DNA of 64,000 nt, from positions 44,128,944-44,192,943 of the forward strand of contig NC_068991.1 of the NCBI RefSeq assembly GCF_001194135.2, given 5' to 3'. Position 1 is the stretch's first letter. Every line of letters starts with the position of its first letter. Under the pieces are notes generated by a model. The model saw only the letters and a list, made by a program, of their open reading frames with translations. It was not told the DNA's origin and did no database searches. The stretch is from Octopus bimaculoides. Taxonomy: Eukaryota. Made by a program: the position numbers and the translations under genes. Shown piece by piece: positions 36,257 to 49,120 of this stretch.

Positions 36257-37288
36257 CAGTACTGTGCAAAAGTCTTTGGCTACTTTAAATTATTGTAAAT
36301 TTCTACTAATTGCCAACTTATAAGTTCATGTTTTGCATTGTGTTTTTTATCGATGAAATATTGGCCCTGTTGGAGTCATTTCCATACCTAATCATTATAT
36401 TTTGTAGTAGGGGTTCTGAAAGAGAGGGAAAGATGCGAGATGACCACCAAAAATGGCCATGCAAAAGTTTTCAGCCAGCTCACACAAACCAATCAAAATA
36501 CAGTGTTTTAAAACAGAAAAATGTCTATAATGAAAATTTATTACATAATGTTCATTTCAAGAAGTTTCTGAATATTGTTAATATTTCGTGTGGCTTCCCT
36601 TAGCTTGAATAATTACTTCAATGCACCTGGGAAGAGATGCATTACAAATCCTTCACCATCTTCACAGGTATGAGATGCCATTCTCTGTGGCTGAGCTTCC
36701 ACAACTCTTCAAGATTGCATAGATTCTTCTGAAGATCCCTTCTCTTTAGTTCTGTCCCATATTCTCAATGATATTTTAGTCAAGGCTCTGAGCTGATCAA
36801 TCTTTCAATAAGGTAACACCTTCATCAGCCAAATTCTGTTGTGTTGCATGTGATCTGTGACATGGAACTCCATCATGCTGAAAAATCTTGCCTTCATCCA
36901 AGATTGGTATCAAATTGTCCTTCAGCAACTGGATGTATTTGGCACTATTCAAGTTACTGTCAATTTCTTACCAACTTACTTGAACCATCACTTTTTTATG
37001 TATCCCCAATGCATCAGACTTACCCCCAAATTTCACTGTTTTCATCATGTAACGTGGGTCGTTTTGCTTTCTAATAAGAGAGAATTAGTCAGAAGGCCTA
37101 CAGGAAAGTGAAACAACTGTTACATGACAAAAACAGGGAAGTCTGGGGGTAAGAGTCTGATGGAAATGACTCCAACAAAGCCAATGTTTCAGCTGTAAAA
37201 AATGCAATGCAAAACATCCACTTATAAGTTGGCAATTAGTAGAAATTTACAATAATTTAAAGTGGCCGAAGACTTTTGCATGGTACTG
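36257..37288 (-). mobile_element. Internally deleted Tc1-family transposon with long TIRs; D35E spacing
   Basis: TA-flanked CAGTACTGTGCAAAAGTC / GACTTTTGCATGGTACTG with TIRs over 120 bp. Minus peptide IFQHDGVPCH..LLKD*SAQSLD*NIIEN..EW..IP..AKGSHTKY*. Confidence 0.93.
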
Positions 37289-38691
37289 TATCATCATACA
37301 CACTAGCTGAGTATTCTGTCTTTACCAGATGATTTTCACAATAGAATGCCTTGGCAGACTTTTGGAATAGTACATCCACATAAGTTGGATTTCCCCTATT
37401 TTCATGAGAGTTTTGCAAATTTCTTTTCACCACACCTTTGAAAATAGATTATTTTTTTATGAAAAAAGTTTTGAAAAATTTACGAATCCCCCTCCTCCAA
37501 TTCAGTCCAATTGTTTTTGCACTACACACTTAACCCATTACCTACCAGTGATCTCATATGAGATCACTTAAAAATTACAAATTTCGTAATTATCTGTCAA
37601 TATTCACACATATCTAACCTTTTTGCTATATCTACTAGGTATATTTCTCTGATATTCAAATGAGGTTTGCTATTTTTTCACCCAATATCTCGCTTATTTC
37701 TATTTAAAATGTTATTTTGAAATGTTATTTTGATGATTCCAGCGTGTTTCAAAGGCTGTTTTATGCTAGAAATCAAAGTTTCATAAAAAAAAATTTCAGT
37801 TAATAGAATTATAGGAGGTGATGAGTTAAAAACAATGGGAAGAAATTTTGAAAATTTATGAATTTCTTCACTTACTAAATACTGATTTTGGTTAAATTTT
37901 TGTACTGTGCACTTAAAAATGATGGGAGAAGACTCGAAGGTTAAAAAAATAATTTGGGAAATCAGCAAATACCATTACATTCCACACTTCCTTTATTTTC
38001 AAACAGCAAATAAAATGTAATTTAAAAACAGTAGTGAAATTTTTAAAAAATTACTTCAACCACCACCACCACCATAAATCCTAAAAGTTTTATTTTTAAT
38101 TTAAAAAAAAATCATAATTTTAAAATACAGATAGTCCAATCAGCAATTTGTTTCTGTTTATAATTTCAAAACAATTTTCAAGCAAAAAAGTGTGTGATTT
38201 AAGGGAGATTTAGCTATTGTTTCTAAAACAATCACGACCACCTGGTACCTTCCTTATTTCTTTCTTACACATATTGATGTTTAACCCCTCACCCCACATC
38301 AATCAAGTTCGTGTGTATGTGTGTGTGTGTGTAAGAAAAATCATATTTACTAACAAAAAAGTATACTATTAAAATAAATTTTCTTTTGCAAACCTTTTTT
38401 AAGTCACTCTGTTGCCTTAATGAGATTCTTTTCACATATGCATACACACATATTGACAAGCACACACACACACTCAGTGTGAGCAATATATTTTTGTAGA
38501 GAGTGACAGAGAGGGAAAAAGTTTACCATGAGAGAAGCAAAAAATGAAAGAGATTTTGAAATTTTAAAATTAAGTGAAAATTTTTTAAAATTTTGTATAT
38601 TGATGTACTTTTTCATGCTGATGTTTGTGATTCATTTATTCTAGAAAAATTTTAGCAAAATGTTACAGAGGTTTAAATTTTATCATTTTAC

Positions 38692-38722
38692 CCAAACAGA
38701 AAACAAGATTTGTGTGTAATAG
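38692..38722 (-). CDS. Candidate 31-bp exon (LLHTNLVFCL)
   Basis: Acceptor tttactttcatttcatcacag| and donor TGG|gtaaaa. Phase 0 to 1. Confidence 0.15.
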
Positions 38723-38812
38723 CTGTGATGAAATGAAAGTAAACATTAGAAGATGAAGTGTTTTAAACAAAATGAAAGCAATGCATGAGAGATAATACAT
38801 ACATACATACAT

Positions 38813-38897
<85 letters not shown>

Positions 38898-39169
38898 CAC
38901 ACACACAGAGAAAGTGAGAGAGTATGTGTGTGTAGAGAGAGAGTTTAGTAAATAATAGAGAGAGATAAATTCATGATGACAAATAGAGAGTTGGTCTAGA
39001 AGTTGAGTTATTTCTCATAGCTAATTACATTTTTTAATTATTATGTATGAATGACCTTCACTCTGCGATGCAAATTTCAAAAATCAGATTTGTTTTACTT
39101 GAGGACACACCATTTCAGAGCCTTTCAGGGCTAAACACACATACATGACCACAAACACTCACATTTAGG

Positions 39170-39550
39170 CACAAGCATGACTGTGTGGTCCCACTGTATG
39201 GCACCTAAAGTAATTGTCTTCTACAATGGCCTTTGGCCAACCAAAGCCTTGTGAGTGGATTTGGTAGGCAGAAACTGAAAGAAACGCATTGTATATGTAT
39301 GTGTGTGTGTGTGTGTGTGTGTGTGCATGTCTTTGTGTATGTGTTTGTCCCTCCCATCACTGCTTGACAATTGGTGTTGGTATGTTTACATCCCTGTAAC
39401 TTAACAGTTTGGCAAAAGAGACCAATAAAATAAGTACTAGGCTTAAGAAATAAGTTCTGGGGTCAATTTGTTTAACTGAAACTCTTCAAGGTCATGCTCC
39501 AGCATGGCCCACAGCCAAATGACTGAAACAAGTAAAAGAATAAAAGAATA
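39170..39550 (+). mobile_element. CORE-type SINE, near full length
   Basis: Same head, core, microsatellite and tail as 28820-29134. Confidence 0.8.
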
Positions 39551-39942
39551 AAGGAATATAAATTGAGGGGGTAAATATATGATGGGCTTCTTTCAGTTTA
39601 AATCTAGCAAATCCACTCACAAACTTTGGTTGGTCTGGGGCTATAGCAGAAGACACTTGCCTGAGGTGCAACACTGTGGGACTAAGGAGTGGGAGAGAAG
39701 AAAAAAAGAAGACTCTACTCCAGTATTTGATTGATACATTATTTATCAACTCCAAAAGGAATTAAAGGCAAAGTTGGCCTTGACAGGATTTGAACTCACA
39801 GTGAGAAAGCAAGAATAAATAGCACATGACCATTCAATCCAATACTCTAATGACTCTGCTTAAGTACTTTTATTTTCAGGACAAAAAATGAGATTTCTCT
39901 GTTAATAACATGGTAGTATTTGTACTCCTTTTCTTATGTGTG

Positions 39943-39987
<45 letters not shown>

Positions 39988-40629
39988 ATGGTTATGTTTC
40001 AATTGTGGATTCAAACAGAGACACTTCAATAGTACCCCCAACAACCCTATAGGTCATGAGACATTAGTCTATATTAGTATTTTTGTTTTCCAATATTTAT
40101 GGGTGTAAATGATAGCCATATAATCAGGGTTTAATAGCTATAGAAATTTTACAGCAATTTTCCGTACATACACATTTTTCTTTTCTTTTTTTTTGTTCAG
40201 TCTGTCTATCTATCTATCTATCTACTCTTCCTGCCTGCATGCCTGTCTGTGTGTTTGCCTGTCTGTCACTCTGTATGTATTTAGGTGTTAATATAGTAGT
40301 AATGCAAATCAACCCAGATTAATGGTGACTCATTTACAAACATATATATCAATACATTACTAACAATGTCACTTTACACTTGTAGATGACTAACATGAAA
40401 ACTGTGTATATGAAGTAAATAATCTCTGAGAGATATTAGCTAGCTAAAAGTGAATATTTTTCATAGCTAAGATGGCCCACAAATTATAAAGGGGTCAGAA
40501 AAAAAGGAGCTTCTTATGTTTGTGTCAGTCATGCCATTGCAAGGTCATAGAGTATCATGAGGGAAGTTGTTACAAGTGAAAACTAAAACAAGGTCACCAA
40601 CTTGGCTTACTAATAACATCCTTTTATAC

Positions 40630-40651
40630 CATCACATCTGCCACAAGTTGC
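40630..40651 (-). CDS. Candidate 22-bp exon (QLVADVM)
   Basis: Acceptor tattattattag| and donor ATG|gtataa. Phase 2 to 0. Confidence 0.15.
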
Positions 40652-40769
40652 CTAATAATAATACAGGTTGAATATAAAGGACAGATATCTGGTGCAAGCT
40701 GAAGAGGAGTATGTTTATAAACTATATATAAAAGTAGTGACGATAATGATGATGATGAAAATGATAATG

Positions 40770-40950
40770 GTTTCAAATTTTGCCACAAGGGCAGAAATTT
40801 TGGGGGAGGGGATGAGTTGATTACATCGACCCCAGTGTTCAACTGGTACCTATTTTATCAACACTGAAAGGATAAAAGGCAAAGTTGACCTCAGCAGAAT
40901 TTGAACTCAGAACATAGAGTTGGAAAAAATATTGCAAAACATTTTTTTGA
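40770..40950 (-). mobile_element. tRNA-derived SINE (27491 family)
   Basis: Reverse complement of gagttcaaattc..gaggtcaactttgcc..cactggggtcgatgtaatc. Confidence 0.8.
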
Positions 40951-40986
40951 TGTTTAATAATAATAATAATAATAATAGTAATAATG

Positions 40987-41023
<37 letters not shown>

Positions 41024-41024
<1 letters not shown>

Positions 41025-43530
41025 CATCATCATCATTTAACGTCTGCTTTCCATCCTGGCATGGGTTGGACGATTTGACTGAGGACTGGCGAGCCAGATG
41101 GCTGCACAAGGCTCCAATCTGATCTGGCAGAGTTTCTATAGCTGGATGCCCTTCCTAACGCCAACCACTCCAAGAGTGTAGTGGGTGCTTTTATGTGCCA
41201 CTGGCACAAGGGCCAGTCAGGCAGTACTGGCAATGGCCTCGCTCAAATGGTGTTTTTTACGTGCCACTGGCATGGGAGCCAGTCAGCTGTCCTGGCAACA
41301 ATCACGCTCGGATGGTGCTCTTAGCACTCCACTAGCACAGATGCCAGTCATGTGGTGCTGTCATCGAATTTGATTTCGATTTCAATTTCACTTGCCTCAA
41401 CAGGTCTTCGCAAGCAGAGTTTAGTGTACAATGAAGAAATGGTATGCATAAGTGGGCTGGTTACACCCCTGTCATAGGCCACAGGTTATGGTCTCACTTG
41501 GATTACCGGGTCTTCTCAAGCACAGCATATTACGAAAGGTCTCGGTCACTAGTCATTGCCTCGGTAAGGCCTTATGTTCAAAGGTTGTGCTTCACCACCT
41601 CATCCCAGGTCTTCCTGGGTCTACCTCTTCCACAGTTTCCCTCAACCGTTAGGGTGTGGCACTTTTTCACATAGCTATCCTCATCCATTCTCGCCATATG
41701 ACCATACCAGCGCAATCGTCTCTCTTGCACACCACAACTGATGCTTCTTAGGTCCAACTTTTCTCTCAAGGTACTTACACTCTGTTGAGTATGCACACTG
41801 ACATTACACATCCAGTGCTGCATACTAACTTCATTCCTTGCAAGCTTATGTATGTCCTCAGCAGTCACGGCCCATGTTTCGCTGCCATGTAGCACAGCTG
41901 TTCGTACACATTTGTCATAGTCTACCTTTTACTCTGAGTGAGAGGCCCTTTGTCACCAACAGCGGTAGGAGCTCTCTGAACTTTGCCCAGGCTATTCTTA
42001 TTCTAGCAGCTACACTTTCAGAGCACCCACCCCTGCTACTGACTTGGTCACCTAGGTGACGGAGGCTATCAACTACTTCTAGCTTTTCTCCCTGGAATGT
42101 GGCAGAAGTTGTTCTCTGCATATTTTCAGTGTTTGTTGCTCCTGAGCATCTGCCACATACAAAAAATATCTTCCCGGTTAGCCTTCCTTTGATATTGCTG
42201 CACCTCTTATGTGTCCATAACTTACACTGGGTACATCTTATAGAGTTTCTACCTACACCTTTTCTACAGATCGAGCAGGTTCATCTACCTGAAGGGATTT
42301 GTGTTTGTCTGCCTTCCTACTTATTAGGACTTAGATTTTAGCTAGGTTTTAGCCGGGTACAGAGATTTATCTTTGGCTAGGTATTTCTCCTGCAGCTGTC
42401 TTACCAGAAATATAGCATCAGTGGTGCTTTTCCCTGGCATGAACCCAAACTGCATCTCATCTAAACTGACACTCTCCTTAATTAGTTGGGCTATGACCCT
42501 CACCGTGACCTTCATTACCTAATCCAACAACTTGATACCTCTGTAATTATTTGTATCTAAAGCATCACCTTTACCTTTGTAGCTGTTGACTATGGTGCTG
42601 CTACACCTGTCATTGTGTATGACTCCTTTGTGTATCACCTGGTTAACTATATAGGTGACTAGGCTATAGCCAACACCGCCAGATATTTTAAGCAACTCTG
42701 CAGTGATTCCTGATGGGCCAGGGGCCATACTCTTAATTGTCATACTCTTAATTGCTTTATCTACCAAGGTACTGTCAATTTGGATAGCTGGTCCCTCTGT
42801 TGGATCGACATTCGGCAGACTCTCTTTCTCCCATTCATTCTCTTTATTGAGCAACCTTCCATAGTAGCGTCTCCAAACCTCTCTCTTTGCAGCCTCGTTT
42901 AGTGCAAGTGAACCATAAGATCATTTGCATCGCAGAACTCTGGCAGCCTGGTTCCCTCCTCATTGCGGGAACCAAAACAATAGTCTCCATGTACGCCATG
43001 GAAGCCCCCTGCATGTTGTCCAACATATCCATTGAAATCACCAGCCACAAAGAGAAGGTCCCTGTCATTTGTCAACGAGGTAGTCTGCAATAGGGTGTTG
43101 TAAAATCGGTCTTTCTGGCCATCCGGTAGCCCCGGTTGATGGGCATAGGCCGAGATAATGGTTGTTAACCCATGATGAAGCACTAATCTAATCTGAAGTA
43201 CTTTGTCACATACTCTGACTACCTTGATTACCTTATCAACCCATTTCTTCGCAAGAAGTATACCCACGCCCCCAACCCTGTCAGTGTTCCCTGCCCAGAA
43301 AATCTTGTACCTGTGTTCTTTGCCTGTGAGGAACCTAGCAGAACCTCCTCTCCACCTTACTTCTTGGAGGCAGCACAAATCTACATGTCTTCGTTGAAGC
43401 ATCTCAACAATCTCACCAGACCTATCTTTCAGTGTGCTGACGTTCAGTGTGCCAACCCTGAGGGTGTGGGAGGTGTGGGCCCATGAGACCCTGGGATGGG
43501 GGACAGCAGTGTCATGTACCTGTAAAGAAA
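41024..43530 (-). mobile_element. RTE-clade LINE with APE, partial RT, PHD-type finger, 3' UTR and CAT/AAT tail; two internal deletions
   Basis: APE LRVGTLNV..LQEVRW..AGDFNG (42899-43558). RT APGPSGITAELLK..NYRGIKLL..QFGFMPGKSTTDAIF. C-terminal MLHGSETW..RLRWYGHMARM. The YADD region is absent. Confidence 0.95.
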
Positions 43531-44199
43531 GCTCGCATTTGGCAGAATTCATAAACAAACAATAGCCTTCAATTCAACCTGCATACACTACACCATCATT
43601 TTTATGCACTATATGATCACTACTTTACATAGGAGATAAACCCTAAGTAGAGGTGGGGATGGCGTAAAGACTTTAGAAGCATTCATGGGAGACAACCAAA
43701 GGATGACAGAAGATAGGAACTTCCGGTACAGGTGGAGGGGTAGGAGGGCAGGCATACCGCAAACTAGCAAATTTAGACGAGAGCATCTTCTGGATTTGTA
43801 TTATTTCAGCAGAGGTATTAAAAATAGAGTAGAGGAATCTGAATGCGTTCACTAGTTTATATAGGGTGGGGGTGGAGGAAGTTTTGGTGAAGCAAGTAGT
43901 AATCGAAAGAGAGAGAGACAGACAGACAGAGTGAGGCACAGAGAGAGGGGGGGCAGAGTTAGGATGGTCAGAACACGAGGGAGAAAAATATTCTTTTGGG
44001 ATTTTGGGTAACATAATTTAATGAAACAGCAAATGCCAATAATAGTAAAATAGAATTGAAACATCTTAGAATTTTCAGTCAGCCAATCTATGACAAAATT
44101 AGAGAAATAAATGACGATGTGACAAAATCGAATAAATGAATATGTGGCGATTGAAGGATATACGTGAACTTAAGGTTATCTTAAGGCAATAATAATAAT

Positions 44200-44574
44200 A
44201 ATAATAACAAGTGCATTCAGAGAGTGCAAACCTCTGCCAAGGCAACACCAACGTCCCCTCAATGATTAGCTGAAGAGGATTTTTAAAATGAGAATATCTG
44301 AAATAAACTCGACTGCTCTCACAAACAAGAATACTAAAAATGAACCTGACTGCTCTCAAAAATTAAGTAAAAAAAAAACGGAAAAGTAATCCAGAATCCT
44401 TGTCCAGTACTGGATTGATCCCAAAATCTAATCAGTTTGTGCCAGTCACAAGGTCAAACATCCCTGAGAGTTTCATCTGAATCCATCTGGTGGTTCTTGG
44501 GATATCTTGTCCACGGACAAACAAACAAATACAACTGAAAACTATACCTCTGCCTTCACTAAGGCGGAGGTAAT
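44200..44574 (-). mobile_element. Helentron-associated non-autonomous element (HINE-like)
   Basis: Subterminal inverted repeats cctc(c/t)gcc..ggcggagg, 3' palindrome gcactctctgaatgc, internal (TTTG)n. Confidence 0.7.
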
Positions 44575-45014
44575 TATCATTTTTTATTCACCACTGAGGG
44601 TTTATATAAAAGATTAGGGATGGTAGTGGACAACATAATTATGTAAAAAGGTAATAACAATAAAAATTATAACGAATAAATCCTTAAAAGAGGGAGGCTT
44701 CCAAAGGTTGCTTGTAGAAACCCCACAAAAAAAAAAAAATCCATAGTTGCCTTGATCTCTAGACCAAGTGCCCTCTCCACTTCATCTACCCTCAATCTAG
44801 AGGTGCATGCTTAGAGTAAGCCTGTTCACTTGGGCCATTCACACTATATTCACCCACCTTTTAACAAAATAGCTGAAAGGCAGCACTTCCCTCTTTACTC
44901 TCACTTTCCTTATCAAGTGAAACTTGAAAAAGTTGATGTGGGCTTGGTCAAAGAAGAAAGTGTCTGTCTTCAGCCCTTTCAGCCTAATCCTTTCTATTAT
45001 AGATACTTTGAGGG

Positions 45015-46440
45015 AAGGGGCTAGTCAGTTATGTTGATCCCAGTGCTTGACTGGTGCTTATTTTATCAACCCTGAAAAGATGAAAAGTAAAGTCAACATC
45101 AGCAGAATTTTAACTCAGAACATAAAATTGGAACAAATGCTGCTAAGCATTTTGTCTAGTGTGCTAATGATTCTGTAAGCTTGCTATCACCACCACCACC
45201 ACCACCACTGCAACAACAGCAACAATCCTTTCTACTAAAGGCACAAGGCCTGAAATTTTGTGGGAGGGGATTAGTTGATTTCACTGACCCCAGTGTTTCA
45301 CTGGTACTTAATTTATTGACTCTGAAAGGATGAAAGGCAAGGTCAACCTCAGTGGAATTTGAACTCAGAATGAAAAGACAGATGAAGTGCCTCTAAATGT
45401 TTCATCTGGTGTGCTCACAATTCTGCTAGTACAAATTAATTCTTTTATTCTTTTATCCTTTTACTTGTTTCAGTCAAATGACTGTGGCCATACTGGAGTA
45501 CCACCTTTTAGTTGAAAAAATCGACCCCTCGAGTTATTCTTTGTAAGCCTGGTGCTTATTCTATTGGTCTCTTCTGCCAAACCACTAAGTTACGGGGACG
45601 TAAACACACCAACATTGGTTATCAAGTGATGGGAGGGGACAAACACAGATATAAACACACATAAATATATACATATATATATGTACAACAGGCTTCTTTC
45701 AGTTTCTGTTTACCAAATCCACTTAAAAGGCTTTGGTCAACTCAAGGCTATAGTAGAAGACACTCGCCCAAAGTGCCACGCAGCGGGACTGAACCCAGAA
45801 CCATGTGGTTGGGAAGCAAGCTTCTTACCAGACAGCTGTGCCTTCATATAAGAATTATATAAACTTTTTTGAAACAGTGGGTCTCAAAGCACATGTGCTT
45901 CAATATCTAAATGCTATTCTTTATGGTTTTATGTGTTTCAGTGTTCCAAAACAGAATAATAACTATAATGCTTTGTAATTTTAGCACAAGGCTAGAAATT
46001 TTGAAGGGAAGAGGCAAGTTGATTACATTGACCCCAGTTCTTGAATGGTACTTTATTTTATCAACCTCAGAGGCTTGAAAGATAAAGTTGACCTCAGTGG
46101 GATTGGGACTCAGAGCCATTAGAGTTTTGAGAAAATGCTTTGTGATATTTCTTACAGCTTATGTTCAAATCCCATCATGGTCAGCTTTGCCTTTCATTCT
46201 TTTGGGGATCAGTTGAATAAAGTATCTGTTAACTGCTAGGATCAAAGGTATCGACTAACCTTCTCCTCTCAAAACTGTTGGCCTTGTGCTTAAGTCAGGA
46301 ATTATTATTTGCCAGATCAGGTAGGAACGGTGGTAGATAGGCAGAATCATCAGATTGTTGAACAAAATACCTTGCAGCATTCCTTGTTTCTTACGTTTTG
46401 CCTCCAGGGTCAATAAAATAAGGCACAAGTGAAATGGGTC
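45015..46440. mobile_element. Cluster of at least six SINE copies in mixed orientation
   Basis: 45020-45185(-), 45225-45430(-), 45440-45840(- CORE type), 45965-46110(-), 46130-46300(+), 46310-46440(+). Confidence 0.75.
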
Positions 46441-46601
46441 AATTTAACCCTTTTGTTACTATTGGTTTGGTGCATAATTATTGTGGCTTTTTCTCAACAA
46501 ATTTTATTCAACAAAAATATCTTTAAATGATTATTCTGGAGCATATTCACCATCTACTTCAATTACTGCTTCCCATTTGCTTGGTAGACAGTCAGACTGT
46601 C

Positions 46602-46968
46602 ATTACCTCCGCCAAGGAAAGAGGTTATGTTTTCATTGGTGTTGGTTTGTCCGTCTGTATGCAAAATAACTAAAAAAGTTGTGAACAGTATTTGATGAAA
46701 CTTGCAGGAAAAGTTGGTAATGACACAAGGAAATTTTGGTAGTGATCCGGGAATTTTTATGGATTCTTGAAGAAATTTTCATTTGTTATATTTACTTTAC
46801 ATGAAGTATTACAATGTTACGTTCTTTGATTATCTCCCTTGAAAACACGTTCATCGTTTGCATGTAACCAATGGTGGCGTTGCTGTTTCAAAAGTTTATT
46901 TTCGTTTCTCTGTTAGTAATTTTACTCGCGTATCTGTCTTAAAATGAGCTGCTTGGCGGAGGTGTGCA
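46602..46968 (+). mobile_element. HINE-like Helentron derivative
   Basis: attacctccgccaagg ... cttggcggaggtgtgca. A further HINE 3' end (ttggcggaagtctgtgctctccaagtgc) is at about 48141-48170. Confidence 0.7.
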
Positions 46969-46971
46969 GAA

Positions 46972-47450
46972 GATAACATGACAAGATTGGGATTGACTCA
47001 AAAAACACAGGCTTTGCTACCTCCACCGCTGCTATGAGCCCTATATCATCTGTATGATGTGGAAAATATCCCATCAATATTGCGTATCTTTAAAATTCGT
47101 CCGAGGCTTGGCCCCCGTGCCATCCGTCCACTACAGAAATGTTCGTGTCGTATCACAACACTATGACAGAACTATTTCACCTCAATTGGCCCTACTCTCT
47201 TCAACATTGTGCCAGACACACATAAAGGAAGAAAGTGACTTCATGACATTCAAACCATCCCTAGATGATTACCCACAACAAATACCAGATAAACCACCCA
47301 CACCCAGATATGTCTCTGAAAACAATAACCCTCTGCTTGAATGGGCTACGGTTACCAAGAGCTGACTGTATATCTCTTCCAGGTGGTGCTTTTAAATTAG
47401 ACATGGCCTGAGTCAACTTTGGCCAGAACTTATCTAAGTAATCTAATCTA
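46972..47450 (+). mobile_element. CR1/L2-group LINE 3' fragment
   Basis: HIKEESDFMTFKPSLDDYPQQIPDKPPTPRYVSENNNPLLEWA matches the IPDxP..Y....NSL..W C-terminal pattern. Ends in a taatc-type tail. Confidence 0.65.
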
Positions 47451-48929
47451 TGCTGTAACCTTTTAATCAAAGCATGACAACATGGGTAGAGGCTGATATC
47501 TTAACATTTCTGATGGTCTTAAGTATAAAAAAAAATTATTAAAGATTTATATAGAACTACATTCAGAGTATGTCTATAAGCTATTGTGTTTAGACCTGGT
47601 TTCTAGCCTCAAACTGTTCCATTTTGTAGATGCTATTTCTTTTTTAATAAAGCACTCCAAAATTAGAAAAATTAAAAATCTGCAACAATCTCGGTCCCAT
47701 GAGTATCGGATAATGGATTTTCAACTGTGTAAAGAAACTGATTGTGGTGATCGTAGTTTTGACGGTGATTGTGGTGACGATGGTCGAGATAAGTATGGGA
47801 GGAAGATAAAATAGTATCGGTGGTTATAATGGTGACAGGAGTGGTGTGATGTGTGATGCTGAGGTGATGGTGGTAATAGTGGTGTTGATGATAGTGGTAG
47901 TTGTGTGATGGTGGTATTGGAGTGGTTATACTGGTTGTGGTGGTGAAAGTGACTGTCAAGGTAACCGTTATGATAACGTTGATGGTGGTGTATGTGGTTG
48001 AAGTGGAAGCAATGACAATGCTGCTGATGACGTTGGTGGTTGTGGTGGTGGTGATAGTGGTAGGATAGTTGTGGTGGTGATTGTGATATGGTGGTGGTGG
48101 TCGTCGTCGTCGTTGTCGTCGTAGTGCTGCTCCTTCTGTTTTGGCGGAAGTCTGTGCTCTCCAAGTGCTTTTCTAGTTTAAAAATGTTTTTGTTAAAAAT
48201 TGTTATTGTTTTTGTTGAATAAAATTTGTTGTAAAAAAGCCGCAATAATTATGCACCAACCCAATATAATTCTGATGAAACACATTACCTTTACTTCAAT
48301 TAATTTTGAAAATGATGAAAAATTTGGTAGCATAACTTTGTCATTGTAAACTGGTATTGGAACATATGAACATGAAATGTTGATGGAAGGTTTTAATTTA
48401 GATCACTTTAAAACAGAAAGTTTCTATCAGAGAACCAGGCAGGTCTTAGGTAGGACTTAAGCAGCTTGGTATCAAATGGGTTAATTGACTAACCCACTTC
48501 CATTGAAGTTGTTTGTCTTGTCCCTGATTTAGAAACAATTATTATTATATTTTTTCAAATTTTTAAAAGGCCAATTCTCAAACCTTTTTCTCTGACAAAT
48601 ATTTCAAAATCTTCTTCCTTGTCATTTGAGATGGAAACAAGAAGTGAGGAAAGAAGAAATGTCTGCCAGTAAATGATTTGGAAATGGTAAATAAAAGGAT
48701 CAAGATTAGAGTTTAATGTGGCTGCATTACTCAAGTTTCATTTGCAGACTGGCACAAGAGTTGGGGAGGAGAAATACTTGTCTCTATATTGAGGATAATC
48801 AGAGGTTTTGGAGGATTTCCTGATTTACTCTATGTAGCCTTTTTATGGAAATTATGTGTGTGGCTGTGTATGTTTGTGTTAATATTCTATTTATGTATAA
48901 GGCAGAGAACTGACACAATCATTAACATA

Positions 48930-49120
48930 CCTGGCAAAATGCTTAGTGGCATTTCATCCGTCTTCACATTCTGAGCTCAAATTTCACAGAGGTTGACCTT
49001 GACTTTCATCCTTTCAGGGTTGATAAAATAAGTACCAGTTGAACACTGGGGTCGATGTAATCAATTCCACTCTGCTAAAAAAAAAATTTAAAAAATTGCT
49101 AGCCTTGTGTCAAAATTTGA
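48930..49120 (+). mobile_element. tRNA-derived SINE (27491 family)
   Basis: aaatgcttagtggcatttc..ctcaaatttc..cactggggtcgatgtaatc. Confidence 0.8.

Larger units (their letters stand above)
46462..48264 (-). mobile_element. mariner element (Hsmar1-like TIR) with nested insertions
   Basis: TA|TTGGTTTGGTGCATAATTATTGTGGC ... GCCGCAATAATTATGCACCAACCCAA|TA. C-terminal LPSKWEAVIEVDGEYAPE* at 46510-46590 (minus). Confidence 0.85.
46448..48480. mobile_element. TTAA-flanked piggyBac-like MITE interrupted by a mariner
   Basis: TTAA|CCCTTTTGTTAC ... GTATCAAATGGG|TTAA. The internal part 48267-48480 resembles the MITE at 63709-63928. Confidence 0.7.

Noticed and set aside
37547-37568. Perfect 22-bp palindrome agtgatctcatatgagatcact
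   Set aside because: It lies just inside a TTAACCC.. MITE-like end and is best explained as transposon subterminal sequence.
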